A stretch of DNA of 64,000 nt from Mustelus asterias (lineage: Eukaryota). The notes under the pieces are model-generated. The model searched no databases. It saw only the letters and a program-made list of their open reading frames with translations, and had not been told where the DNA came from. This document shows positions 52,818 to 64,000 of the stretch, piece after piece. The first letter of the stretch is position 1. Every line of letters begins with the position of its first letter. Position numbers and translations under genes: made by a program. The stretch lies in the NCBI RefSeq assembly GCF_964213995.1, contig NC_135804.1, forward strand, positions 59,334,001 through 59,398,000, written 5' to 3'.

Positions 52818-53150
52818 GGGCGGCACGGTAGCACCGTGGTTAGCACTGCTGCTTCACAGCTCCAGGGTCCCAGGTTCGATTCCCGGCTCGGGTCACTGTC
52901 TGTGTGGAGTTTGCACGTTCTCCCCGTGTCTGCGTGGGTTTCCTCCGGGGTGCTCCGGTTTCCTCCCACAGTCCAAAGATGTGCGGATTAGGTTGATTGG
53001 CTAGGTTAGAAATTGTCCCTTAGAGTCCTGAGATGCGTAGGTTAGTGGGATTAGCGGGTAAATATGTGAGGGTAGGGCCTGGGTGGGATTGTGGTCGGTG
53101 CAGACTCGATGGGCCGAATGGCCTCCTTGTGCACTGTAGGGTTTTTATGA
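52818..53150 (+). mobile_element. Young full-length HE1-type V-SINE
   Basis: gggcggcacggtagcaccgtggttagc (A box region), ggttcgattccc (B box), V-core and CR1-like 3' tail. Confidence 0.93.
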
Positions 53151-53919
53151 TACTTGTAACCAGATTCAACTTACTTCCATGTGGTGCCCTCTTTACTGAT
53201 TCCTTATCTTTTCCGAAAGCCCCTGTAAGTCATGTCCACAAATGTCCTTTGTTTTTTCACCTTTGTTATTTCTCAAAGAATTACGTAAGAGAAACCAAGC
53301 ATATCTGCTTGTTGAAAAATGGGTGCTCATCGGGTTTTGATGAATTTGTGTTTCTGTAAAGGTCTGTCAAATTTTCTCAAGTTATTAAAGTGTCCACTGC
53401 ATGTAAGGAAATGTTCTACAACTGTGTTAATACGATTGTGTTTCAAATTATTATCGCATTAGGCTTTGTCGTGCAACAACAGCACATGCTTCAGCAGCCT
53501 TTCGATAACTAAATGATGAAACAAGACACATTCGCGCCAGCAGTGAAAAAGTTAACGCATGGAAGCGATCAGCTAAGCGTTCTGCCTTGTGCTGTTGCTA
53601 TATCGACAAACATTGCGAAACATTAACACTGGCGGGCTGGTTTCTACAGCTCGACTTGGCTCGATAGCTCACTTCCGCTGCAGCAATGCGAGTTTTAAAT
53701 TTAGCTGTTAATTGCAACACTCTAAAAATGTAAAAATGTACCCGGTGTTGCGGAGCGACGGTTATTGCGCCTCACTTTTCTGTATAATTGCAGAAACAGA
53801 AAATATTTATCTGACACGGATACTATGTTTGATATTTACCATTGTAAACTTTCCTTATCTCATTATCAATCTGAATCTATAACTGCGCCACGTTAAGGTG
53901 GCGAAATTGCTCCTATCTT

Positions 53920-54155
53920 GTTTTTTTACACAGACGTTGTGGGTGCCTGGAACTCCATGCCGCGGGAAGTACTGGAAGCAGATACGATCGTGACTTATAA
54001 GGAGCGTCTGGACAAATACATGAATAGCATAGGTATAGAGGTATATGGTCCCCGGAAGGATTGGGGGTTTTAGTTCCGTCGGTTAGCATGGTCGGTACAG
54101 GCGCGGAGGGCCGAAGGGCCTGTTACTGTGCTGTAATTTGCTTTGTTCTTTGTAT
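53920..54155 (+). mobile_element. CR1 3' end fragment
   Basis: tttttacacagacgttgtgggtgcctggaac ... gggccgaagggcctgtt tail. Confidence 0.8.
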
Positions 54156-55749
54156 TTTCAACTTCCAATATCACGCCCCTATTGCGGCGCATCGACATCT
54201 GCACCAGAAATTCCCGCTTTGAACTCCACACCGGGACTTGTTGGCCAAGGAAAGTGCCTTCATAACGTGGCTAAGCAGGATATTATCAACCTGAAATTCC
54301 TGCCAATAGCAGACGGTAAGAACGGGAGGGCTTCCTTGTCAGCCAGAATTGTGTTGCAGCTGCTGCGCAACAGCCTCCTCGCGTTAAAGGCCGCCAAACG
54401 CAGGTTCCTACCACGGTCTGTGCTCCGCAGGTAGCGTGTTCCAAGGTTTCAGGGACTACCAGAGACAGGAATTATGCAATGTGTGCATTGGCCCAAGTAC
54501 GACCTCTGGCCGTTTATTTAGCTACACTGAAGATTTAGCACGCCATGGAATGGAGTGGTCTGCAATGCTGTCAGAACTGATCACATGGCATCCAGCTTTT
54601 AAATTGTGGACACATTTCTAAAACGTCAAAAGTGAATGCAATTTTAACTTAATCACTTTTTGATTGAAACAATTTGAAGAGAAGAGCTGCTAATCACTAT
54701 CGACCAATTAGTTATTTTATAAATGATTTCTTATGGGACATCTTGCTGTTCGGTTTCATCTGCATTATGACCATTCTTTGCTTTTTACTGAAAGCACTAT
54801 GGGCAGTTTGGAAGATTGTGCTTTGACTTTACGAATACACTGCATTTTATTACACTCAAGGGAGTGGAAAATTTGGATCTCACAAACAAAAGCTCGATTA
54901 ATGCCCAAAATACACGCGTGACTACCTACGCTCGGACGCACAGACACGTAAGCCCAATTCACAGTCTGCGTGCATACCCATTGAAAAAACATCCAATCAG
55001 CAATATTAAAGTGAATACATTATTAAAAAGGTGAACATAACAATGAGAAACCGTCTTGGGAGTCTCAGAAGGGGTGAAATCCACTCCTTAGCTGCTTCTA
55101 TCTTTACCCATCAAACTCGTTTATCCTTCTCACCAATTACTATCCCTGTATGCATGATGCCGTGGATATGTCGTTTCATGCATTTTATACTATAGTTACG
55201 AGTTTGAGAGTGAGAAGTTGGACTCTCAGTTACTCCCAATACATAATTTCTAGATATAAGAAGCAGGGCACAATATAAATAGCCACGCATCTCACTGACA
55301 GCGTCATCCGAGCTGATAGAAGTGGCCTAAATTAAAAGATAGGTAGCATGACATTTACAGAGTGTGTATTTTGTAAACAGTTGACGCATGGACTACATCC
55401 ACTTTAGCCGTAAGCCGATGGCATTTGCAATCGAGATCGAGCGATGCTGCTTGCCGCACAAAATTGTTTCCCTCCAGTCTATGAAGGCAGAACGAAGCTG
55501 CATGTGTATTTAGCTTTCAACCACAGACAGTTAGATAGGCACCTGTTCATTCATCTACAGTCAAGCACATCTACAGCAGTTTCGGATTTTCAAAGAAAAG
55601 CCATTTAAGCCTTATTCCTGAAGGATCCAGGAACACACTCTTTTGATACAAACACGCCCTGATAATTATTTGAGCACTTTCTTTCTCTTTGGCCTATTAA
55701 CTATTTTGCATTTGAGGTTTTTATCTAAAATTCAAGAACTCCATTTGAT

Positions 55750-57100
55750 ATAGCGATCTGTTATCTCGAATTATCCTCAGAGGAAACACAGATCGCTCAA
55801 CATCTCTGACTGCTCGCTGGTGGCTCGGCGAAGAAGGAGTCCCCGAAATCCGGTGCTGAACATTGCAGCACGTGGGGTTCCTAATGTCCGTTGACATATG
55901 TTTATGTACTGGAGTTCTACAGTTAATCTCAGATGGTGTGAGCTTAGTTTGAAATTCGTGCATGGAGAAGATCAGTTGGTTTTGTAATAGATCTTGTAAC
56001 CTCGTTATGCACCAATGGACTGGGGACAGCAAAATTGCTAAAGCTCCCACCTTCAATGGCTGTTAGTGTTGCCCCTAAAATGAAATAAGTCATTGGACAA
56101 GCATGTGTTAACATTGCAAGGCGAGGTCTCGATCTAAAGCGATTGTTAGATTTTAGATTCTTTTCCCCAATTATTCTATCTACCCATCTTTCTTTTGCTC
56201 CTTTCACCCTCTTTTTATCGCAGTCTGTGATGTACTGTTGGGTCTCCAACCGCGCAATTTCCATTGTTTGGTCTACAGACAGATTCACGTTGATAGAGCA
56301 TTTGTTTGTATCACAATTTAAAAGTGCTAATCCAGAATACTAACAAAAGTGTGTCGATGCACTCTCGCGTTACTTGGTTTTGACATATAGTTGATGCGAA
56401 GTATGGGCATTGTCAATGTTACTGTACACAATGAGGATGCCTAAGAAGTCGGAACTTCTCCTTGTCAAGCTTCTTCAACAGTTGAAATGTTGGTTTGTTG
56501 GAAGCGCTTTTTGCCCAGCAAGGCATTGACGCCAAACCCAGTTCACTCTTTGACCTGATTGTTTCCAAGCCAGAAGGACGCAATATAAACGCTGTTCTAT
56601 CCGGCCTACCTGACATAACCGTAAGAGCTGGAACTGAAACCCAAATGCTTTTTAGCACAAAGTTGGTCAAAATACAGTACATGTCATCTCCAGTTGTTAT
56701 GAATGGCTTGAGTTATGCAGCAGGGATGAAGCTAATGCGCAGATAAATCTAAACCTTTTGAACATGTAGCTTTAGCTGGAACATCACTTGGTGCATCTAT
56801 ATCTACCAGCTAAACACCAACGATTCCCCTATTACAACATTCAATTATCTCTTCAATTATTTCAGAGTGTTGTCCTCACTTCGGTACCTCAAGTCTCTTC
56901 CATCATGGACCAGTCTTGTGTGGCTTAATGCTTTTCATGTTTTGGCTTTTGGCATCCAGGTGGCATTGCAAGGTTATACAGGCTGGTGATTGCTTGTTTT
57001 TCTACAAATGTTACCTGTTGGCTTGTAAAATCTAGGATATTGACTTAAAGATGTTGCAGTGTAATGTGCCTCCAGGTCAATATGGTGTGATATTTACAGA
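55750..57100 (+). mobile_element. Possible highly decayed EnSpm/CACTA-like transposase
   Basis: Broken plus-strand peptides in the expected order: IGQACVN..FRFFSPII, SQFKSANP, MH, KYG..LYTMR, VVMNGLSYAAGM; recognised from memory only; boundaries approximate. Confidence 0.35.
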
Positions 57101-59473
57101 AGAGATTGGAGGTGATTGCATTCCCTTGACGTTGCTACTCTCATCCTGTTCAGTGGCGGGGATCGTACTGCTGTAACGTGCTGGCCAATAACATCGCCCT
57201 TACAAAACGTCGAAAGTAGCTTGCGTGTCTAGCCGGATGCTGCTCTGAATTTCCATCACAGTGCGCGTTTCACATCGGCTCGTGCAGCCCAGCCAACTGC
57301 ACTACATTTAATCAATCAATCTGAAATTTCACTTCCGTGTATGTCGCTTCATTTAAAATAAATATCCTAAAATTCATAATGTGCGACTGTGAGACATATG
57401 AGAACTGCATGTGTTAAATTACTTGCTGAATTCGAGAGAGGGAATCAGTTTTGACAACATGATACTTCATGACACAATGATAATGAACTCCTAAGTCGTA
57501 ATCTTTCCTAGAATCGTATAGACATGTCTGTTATTAAACAACACATGATTATTCAGTGTTCATGTTGTAACAATGCGAACCTAAGTTCTTATGTAATGGT
57601 TTCTGGAAATACATTGGTGGCAACGATTTACATTGACGACAACTATCACTATAATTAACCGTGTTATAACATTGCGCGCCGAAACGTTATTTATGCATCC
57701 GCAGCTCTGAGGTGCCTGTTAAGTCCAATGATATTATGAGTTGAACATGCCCACAGATGCTGACAGATTGCAACCTCTCGGACACAGATAGGCATAGCAA
57801 CAGCCGAGTTGTTATGTGGTGTGGGATAAATCGAGATGAAAGGTACTGCCTTAACTATAGACAATACAAAACTCATGACGCAGATATCTCTGTACAAAGA
57901 CATAACATTTATTCAAAACAAAAACAAGCAGCTGCAAGGAGATCATCAAAAGGGTTAAGTAGCTCTGAGATAGAACCTCTCTGGTGAATCTAATGTATAC
58001 AGTCAAAAACTGATAAATTACAGTTTTTCTTATCAATCATTCCCGCCTTATATTAGTTTTAAATCAATTACATTTAATATACATTCATCAATAATAATCC
58101 AAAAAATTCACCTCAGCCAATTGCATTTTACCACCCAGCGTGAAGATATCTCATTCGTCAATTTAATCCGAATTTAATCTTAACTCTCATCTTGACTAAA
58201 GTCACTTCCTTGTTGTCTGGTTATCCTAAACGCTTACTTCAGAGGTCAAAGTGGACGTTCCCACCGGATCATTGAGAAATTGGATTGACATGTGATCCCG
58301 TGTCCCGGCACGACCCATCTTAAGGCTAGACAATGATTAAACCTACTCATGTTGCAATATGTGTTCCCGCATAAGAAACTTTCCTGATATGAACTTTACT
58401 AACTACGGGTTCCCAGGCCTTTGACTCTAAACTATTCGTCTTTACTATCATCCCTTGCGGTAACCTGCTTTCGCCTGAAGAGAACGATGATTTAGACAAT
58501 ACTTAAAATACATTAAAATACCAGTATATATGTTGTAAAATCATAATTACTTCTTTAACTTTCTTGCTGATTTCATATATGTGCAAACCATTCCATCATT
58601 AACTTATTAATATGCTCCAAAATCATTTAACTCTTTACTGGTAGTCCTGTCAGTGTCTTATTAAAAACCTTATTAACTGGTTCGAAATTTCCCACATCAT
58701 TAGGTCTCCCCTGAACAATTATTTTTAATCCTATTGCCTGTCCCTTTGCCCCACCCCCCGCCACCCCCCGAACATCATGAATTTTCTATATCGCATGGCT
58801 CCAACTATTTGCCCCTTTTCCCGTTGTTGTGTTGTGAATATATTAACCAGGAAACTTTAGCTAATTTCTGCAGACTGTTGAATTCAAGACCCGTTCCTCC
58901 TGAAGTCTTCCAAACCGTGCTCGTACTTTGCTTCCTCTGATAATGGGATGATTGTTGTTTTTGTGTCAGTCGAATTACTATCAATAGTAACCGCCTCTTG
59001 ATTATTCTTGTTTTCCATCTGACGCGTTGTAACCCCGATACTGAACTTGCCCGTGAATTGCAGTTTCTGAATATAAAGGAAGTTGCAACACATGGTGCAT
59101 GTGGCATTGAACGTGGTCTTTTGTGACCCTTACTTTCACAATTACAGACGCCCATAAAACACACCAAGTTGCATTGGAAAGCTCAAACGATTCCGCAAAA
59201 GTATTTAATCAAGTACGATGTATTATGGAACTTGAAATATACCTTACGAAAGAAGTTTGAAGTTGCCTTGAGTTTTGATGTGACACGGGTTAAATCATCT
59301 ACCTGAAGCATACGCCTTCTGCTTACTCTTTAAACTCGGCCGATGGCACCAGAATCATAAGAGTATCGTCTCATACGTCTTCACCTCACTGCCCATCAGG
59401 ATTTACGTTGCGTTATTTCTGCTCAGATCGAGACTTTCGTGTTATCTTCATACGTCCAGTATCTATCGCTAAA

Positions 59474-59528
59474 ATGGCATCGAGGACTGTGCTTCAGAGT
59501 GCACAGGTCATCTGGATTATCTTGACTG
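59474..59528 (+). CDS. Gene D exon 1, leader MASRTVLQSAQVIWIILT
   Basis: aaaATGG context; phase-1 donor CTG|gtattt; 99-nt intron to V. Confidence 0.75.
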
Positions 59529-59627
59529 GTATTTACTATCGTTCACTCCTTGTCTTTACGTCTGTGTCTCGCTCTCGCTCTGTCTTTTTTTTAATAAGTA
59601 AAACGAATGTTCATTTTTTTTTCATAG

Positions 59628-59945
59628 TTGCTGCCAATCCTCTGATTGAAGTGACCCAGGTCCCTGAAAATATCTATTCGATAATCGGGACTAATATTGC
59701 ATTTGACTGCACGTTTCCTACTTCTCAAGACGATTTAGATGTGAACATTCATTGGTGGAAACTTGGCGAAAAGGATTTGATGCGGCCAGGATCAGATAGC
59801 AGGAAATGGTTTGCCACTGGGAATGGAAGAGCTTCCTTTAAACTCCTGAATATCAGTATTCAGGACTCTGGAGTCTATTACTGCGGAGTGACACTTCAGG
59901 GAAACTGGTTCACAAATGGAAGTGGATCAACGCTCGTCGTCAGTG
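59628..59945 (+). CDS. Gene D exon 2, Ig V-set domain with J-like G strand
   Basis: tttttcatag| ... G|gtaaga; 318 nt; VTQVP, AFDC, IHWWK, DSGVYYC, TNGSGSTLVVS. Confidence 0.93.
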
Positions 59946-61688
59946 GTAAGAGAAGTGTTAAGACGCTAGGCTGCATAGTCTCAAGTTTATTCAAATAAAT
60001 AATGAAGATTAGCATCCCTTCAGCGTTCGCTTGGTCGATTCTTAAATAGTTACATTGGAAATTAATTGCTCCAATAGAAAGATTCTAGGCATGAAATAAA
60101 GATGCTCTTTTCACCTTCTTAGTTGCTTCGGTAATCATTATTTCTGCTCTTTCATGCGTTCAAACCTGCACAGGAACCGTTTTCAGGTCATTCAAGTGCG
60201 GATGCAGATTGTGAAACAACTTGAATTAATTTCGGTACAAATAATATTTCGAATAGTTTAAAATAGTGCTTATTATCAAAAAATAAACATCATGATACAA
60301 GTGTTCTTATTGAGTCCAATGACAACCAGAACACAAATCATACTCTTCCTGCTTTATAGCGAATGTCTATATAGAGCACGTGGTGTTTCCAAGAGTTTTA
60401 CAAGCGTATTTCTGTTTTAATGTACGACCCTAGCAGCAGATCTGCACACAATATTCCATAAACAGAAAGGAGAAACTATCAAATAATTACTGACAGTGTT
60501 TCGGGGAATACTTACTAGCCAAGAGAGGGGACGATGTCAATGTATTTCTCTGACTAGTGCTGGGGCTACGTAGAGTTTATCTCCTCCGAAGCACTGCACT
60601 TTTTGAAGTGCAACACTCCCTCCGTAATATACTAAAGAGTTTGCACTGATTATATTCTCAGATGAGGGGAATACAGCGTGGAACTCAGAACTTTCTCAGA
60701 CTTAAGGGTGCCGCCATTGACCTATGGAATTCACCATGTGCTCCAAGTCTGAAGAATCAAGTTCTCAAATGCTTGGCTATCATTCAGTTCTTTATTCGGT
60801 AGCTTTGATCACTTCCTGACTGACTAACGCAATAACCTGAATCTTCCCAAATCCCGTCAAAAACGAATATGCCACCGGTACAGAAATTGATAAATCTATA
60901 CCTGAGTTGTGCAAAGTCTATCCGTCGCAGTTCTTAAACTTCAGATACACCTTGCACGCTGAATTAAACAGTGAAATGAACGTGTCGCCTTTTGTTCAAT
61001 CCAAGATTGAAATTTTGTTGTTTTATTACGAACCCACAATAGAACTATGTCGTCCCCGTTTAGCAATCGGAGTGTAGTCCAGAAGAGGATGGGTGATGTG
61101 TATGGGGTGGGATCACAATTCCTCCGCTCATTGTAAGTAGCGACATAGTCTGAGGGCCTTCTGGAAGTTTCATTCGGTTGCTAATTGAGAGCAAATAAAC
61201 TTTTCACAAAGGCATTTCCCATTCACTACAAGAGCAACCCCAACGCTTCATCCGTGCTTTTGCGCTCTTCTTCCTAACCAGGCAAACAGGAAAGTCAGAT
61301 TCGAGAACTACACAGTGCAATTGCACCGAGTTCATAAGATCTGGAATGCACTACCTGAAAGCTGGTTAGAAGCGAATTCAATAGAAATTTAAAAGGAGAT
61401 TTGATATGTACTTTAAGTGGAACATTTGCTGCGTTGGGGTAAGAGCCGAGGCGTGAAATTAATTGCATATTTCTTGCAAAGAGCCACCGCAGGCACAATA
61501 AGCCGACTGGCATTCTTTACACTCTATGATGCAATAATCTACAATAATTATAGAGCGATATTTTAATTCCAACAGTAATAAACAGATTGATAGCTCTTTA
61601 AGCTGTTTTAGCTCAAATTGAATAAAAGTGAATGCTACTCTACAGAATATACTATATTTTATAACTTTATTTCTCGATCTTTCGCCAG

Positions 61689-62000
61689 CTCTCCCAACTC
61701 CCGTGACGATTGTTCCCAGCGCATCTGCAAGCAATGTACCCGGTTCTTTGACGCTCGTGTGCGAGATGGCTTCATTTTACCCGGCGGGTCTAACTATCAT
61801 TTGGTACAAAAATAACGGAAGCATTGAGAATGGAATTCACACCACCAAACAACTCAGCAGAACTGGAATGTATGAAGCTTCCAGCTATTTCGAAGAGGCA
61901 CAGCCTGTCCAGGGAGGGACTGTTTATGTCTGCCTAGTTTCTGATGCCGCTCTCCAGATTCCGGCTATGGCAAGTTACATAGTTCCCAATTGTAAACCAG
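61689..62000 (+). CDS. Gene D exon 3, Ig C1-set domain
   Basis: cgccag| ... CAG|gtatga; 312 nt; LVCEMASFYPAGLTIIWYKN ... YVCLVSD (His to Asp in the C1 motif); ends PNCKP. Confidence 0.9.
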
Positions 62001-62561
62001 GTATGATATTAGTTTTTATAGAAAAAAATGACAAGGCAAAAAATTCGAACGTTATTGAAAGTGAGCGAACTGTATATTTCACCGTAGTGACGGCGGTGGC
62101 AATAAAATGCAAAATACATTTGTAAGATAAGGTCAATATTTAAAGTAGTGAAATGTATTCTTTGTTTCCACGGCCTTTACTTTTCCATTTTGAGACCGAC
62201 CAGCTCCTCGGAGTAGCAACAACTTTTTAAATGCAGGAAACTTCCATCTATGGTCGGGAGTGAAAAAGCGGTTTCGGTTGGGCCAAATACCAGCCAAATG
62301 ATTTGGAATTTAAATGGTGTGTTGGCACCGTGGGTAAAGTTTTACACTTACATTTTGTGGAGAAAAATAACATGCCTACTCTTACCTGGAGAGAAATCCT
62401 TAACATCGAGAAGTCATGATACAACTCCACATAATGCCAAGGGGAATTAATACTTGAATTACCGAATTTAGTAAAACAAAAATATTAATATTTTATTGCA
62501 GCGATAGTAACCGAGTGTGAAAAAAATACCGGGACTAAGTATCGGTGAGGCGATAGTTAAA

Positions 62562-62690
62562 AATAATTTTCCCATTCCGCCCACCATGGGAATCGTAGCC
62601 GGCGAGGGGCGGACCATGGGAAGGTCCGTTAACCTCGGCCGCGATTTTCCGTTTTCGGGGCGAGCACAGCCGGAAAATCGTCGCCCCCTG
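62562..62690. mobile_element. Short GC-rich MITE-like repeat in a gene D intron
   Basis: attttcc...ggaaaatcgtcgccc inverted ends resembling the 44765 element. Confidence 0.4.
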
Positions 62691-62924
62691 AAATTCGTCT
62701 TGAGCGACAGCGCAAATTGGACGACAACTAGTCATTGCAGTTTTTGCACCTCTCCTGATAACCTTTGTTCTTTGTTTGTTCTTTGTTTGTTCTTTTAGTT
62801 TTCTACAGGTTAAATGGTGCGATGTGTCACTTCCCCATCCTAACATGCATCGTTTAGTTTCAAATAGCGGGAAATGAATTTTCACCAAAAAATATTCTGA
62901 TTCCCCAGTATGAACAATTCGGCA

Positions 62925-63264
62925 ATTTTCGGCAAAGCAGCCAGCATAATTAAAGACCCCTCGCACCCCGGACATTCTCTCTTCCAGCTTTTTCCATTGG
63001 GAAAAAGATAAAAATATCTGAGGTCACGTACCATCCGACTCAAGAGCAGCTTCTTCCCTGCTGCCGTCAGACTTTTGAATGGACCTAGTTTGCATTAAGT
63101 TGATCTTTCTCTACATCCTGGCTATGACTGTAACACTACATTCGGCATTCTCTCGTTTCCTTCTCTATGAACGGTATGCTTTGTCTGGATAGCGTGCACG
63201 AAATAATACTTTTCACTGTATGCTAATACATGTGACAATAATAAATCAAATCAAATCAAATAAA
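62925..63264 (+). mobile_element. Rex1-clade LINE 3' fragment
   Basis: Reverse-complement match to 42493-42835; aaatc-repeat tail; ends ~90 nt before the gene D TM exon. Confidence 0.88.
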
Positions 63265-63351
63265 ATTCTTCAATATCGGGATCTCTTTGCGGTTGTAACT
63301 GCAGATGACACATCCACAGCTCCAAGTTTGGAAGTTTTGTCTATCTTTCAG

Positions 63352-63462
63352 GTCGCGACAGTACCTCGTCCTCATCTTATTTACAGATTTTTGGGTGCGC
63401 AGGCTTCACAATGATGGTTTTGCTGCTGCTGATCATCATGAGAATGCTGGGCAACTATAAAG
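63352..63462 (+). CDS. Gene D exon 4, transmembrane GRDSTSSSYLQIFGCAGFTMMVLLLLIIMRMLGNYK
   Basis: tctttcag| ... AAG|gtagga; 111 nt as in genes B and C; uncharged hydrophobic core with the conserved Cys. Confidence 0.85.
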
Positions 63463-63964
63463 GTAGGATATCGTATTAGAACGTAATTAAAATATAAATC
63501 AGAAATAACAGGCAGCAGCCAGTAAGCAGCAAAAGACGATTGATCCACTATGAACTCAATTTTCCACTGGCACTGGAAGCTTTCAGTTGGTTGTTGGGTT
63601 TTTAAATTTGTCTGCGATATTGATTCGAGTATTTATTTCAGATTGGTATGCGTTTAAATATAGATTGTGTTTTCAGAACGCAACCTCCCAACACATCCCA
63701 ATTCAAAAATGTCCTCTCTGACACACTCCGAGAATAATTTATCCAATATTGTTTCCCCATCATTTAGGCAGAGATTTCTTTTTTAAAAATGTAGTGAATA
63801 GCTTTGCATTAGCATTTGCCATCCAGCATCCCTCGCGCAGACACAGGTAGCGGAGTTTAATGATGCTTTCTTGTCTTATCCTCACGGAAATTATCAGTTT
63901 ATTTGCTGAATCATATTATGCATCATTGACAATGACGTTTTGGATTTTGCGCTTTAGCACGCAG

Positions 63965-64000
63965 ACAGAGAACAGATGAAGCAAACAGCCGTGACAAATC
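63965..64000 (+). CDS. Gene D first cytoplasmic exon, truncated by the window end (DREQMKQTAVTN...)
   Basis: acgcag| acceptor, open in phase 1; positional counterpart of gene C 52226-52269 (GKQESATIVNIGDER). Confidence 0.5.

Larger units (their letters stand above)
52310..54280. repeat. 82-bp inverted repeat pair (52310-52391 and 54199-54280), one mismatch
   Basis: Direct reverse-complement comparison. Confidence 0.92.
48289..55034 (+). pseudogene. Gene C, probable pseudogene paralog of gene B (leader 48289-48349, V 48550-48870, C1 49477-49787, TM 50965-51075, cytoplasmic 52226-52269; later exons uncertain)
   Basis: V acceptor ctaacAG (gene B) is ctaacAA here; C1 exon is 311 nt vs 312 (1-nt deletion near 49500) giving TGA at 49536-49538; TM exon EPDGKYHYIWISGCTVGGLAFLIFMVIIGTRVCLKNT is intact. 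Confidence 0.85.

Noticed and set aside
52818-52890. tRNA-like A/B box sequences here and at other HE1 copies
   Set aside because: They are SINE heads followed by the V-core and a LINE-derived tail, not tRNA genes
1-64000. CRISPR arrays, operons or other prokaryotic systems; most short ORFs in the six-frame track
   Set aside because: The sequence is vertebrate with spliceosomal introns; short tandem repeats are LINE tails, and most ORFs are repeat-derived or antisense noise

Overview
Eukaryotic genomic DNA, almost certainly from a cartilaginous fish (shark). The evidence is HE1/V-SINEs, abundant CR1 LINEs, L2 and Rex1 LINEs, Penelope-like termini, a Gmr1-like Gypsy fragment and MITEs. Between the repeats lies a head-to-tail (+ strand) cluster of four paralogous immunoglobulin-superfamily receptor genes. 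Each has the exon plan leader / single-exon V domain carrying its own J-like G strand (NG[T/S]GSxLxV, no RSS) / C1-set domain / transmembrane / cytoplasmic, with phase-1 introns throughout leader to TM. Gene A (13943-16116), gene B (31167-34076+) and gene D (59474 to the window end) have open exons. Gene C (48289-~55000) is a close duplicate of B with a mutated V acceptor and a 1-nt frameshift in C1. The TM exons differ in charge: Arg in B, Lys/His/Pro in A, uncharged core in C and D. B and C are very similar over the ectodomain but much more diverged downstream. Together this looks like a non-rearranging, antigen-receptor-like (VJ-C1) paired-receptor family. Other notable items are minimal hammerhead ribozymes in Penelope termini, two Penelope insertions at the same CR1 site, an 82-bp near-perfect inverted repeat in gene C and a decayed EnSpm/CACTA-like transposase. 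Exon coordinates were read by hand; cytoplasmic exons are only partly resolved and no database searches were run.
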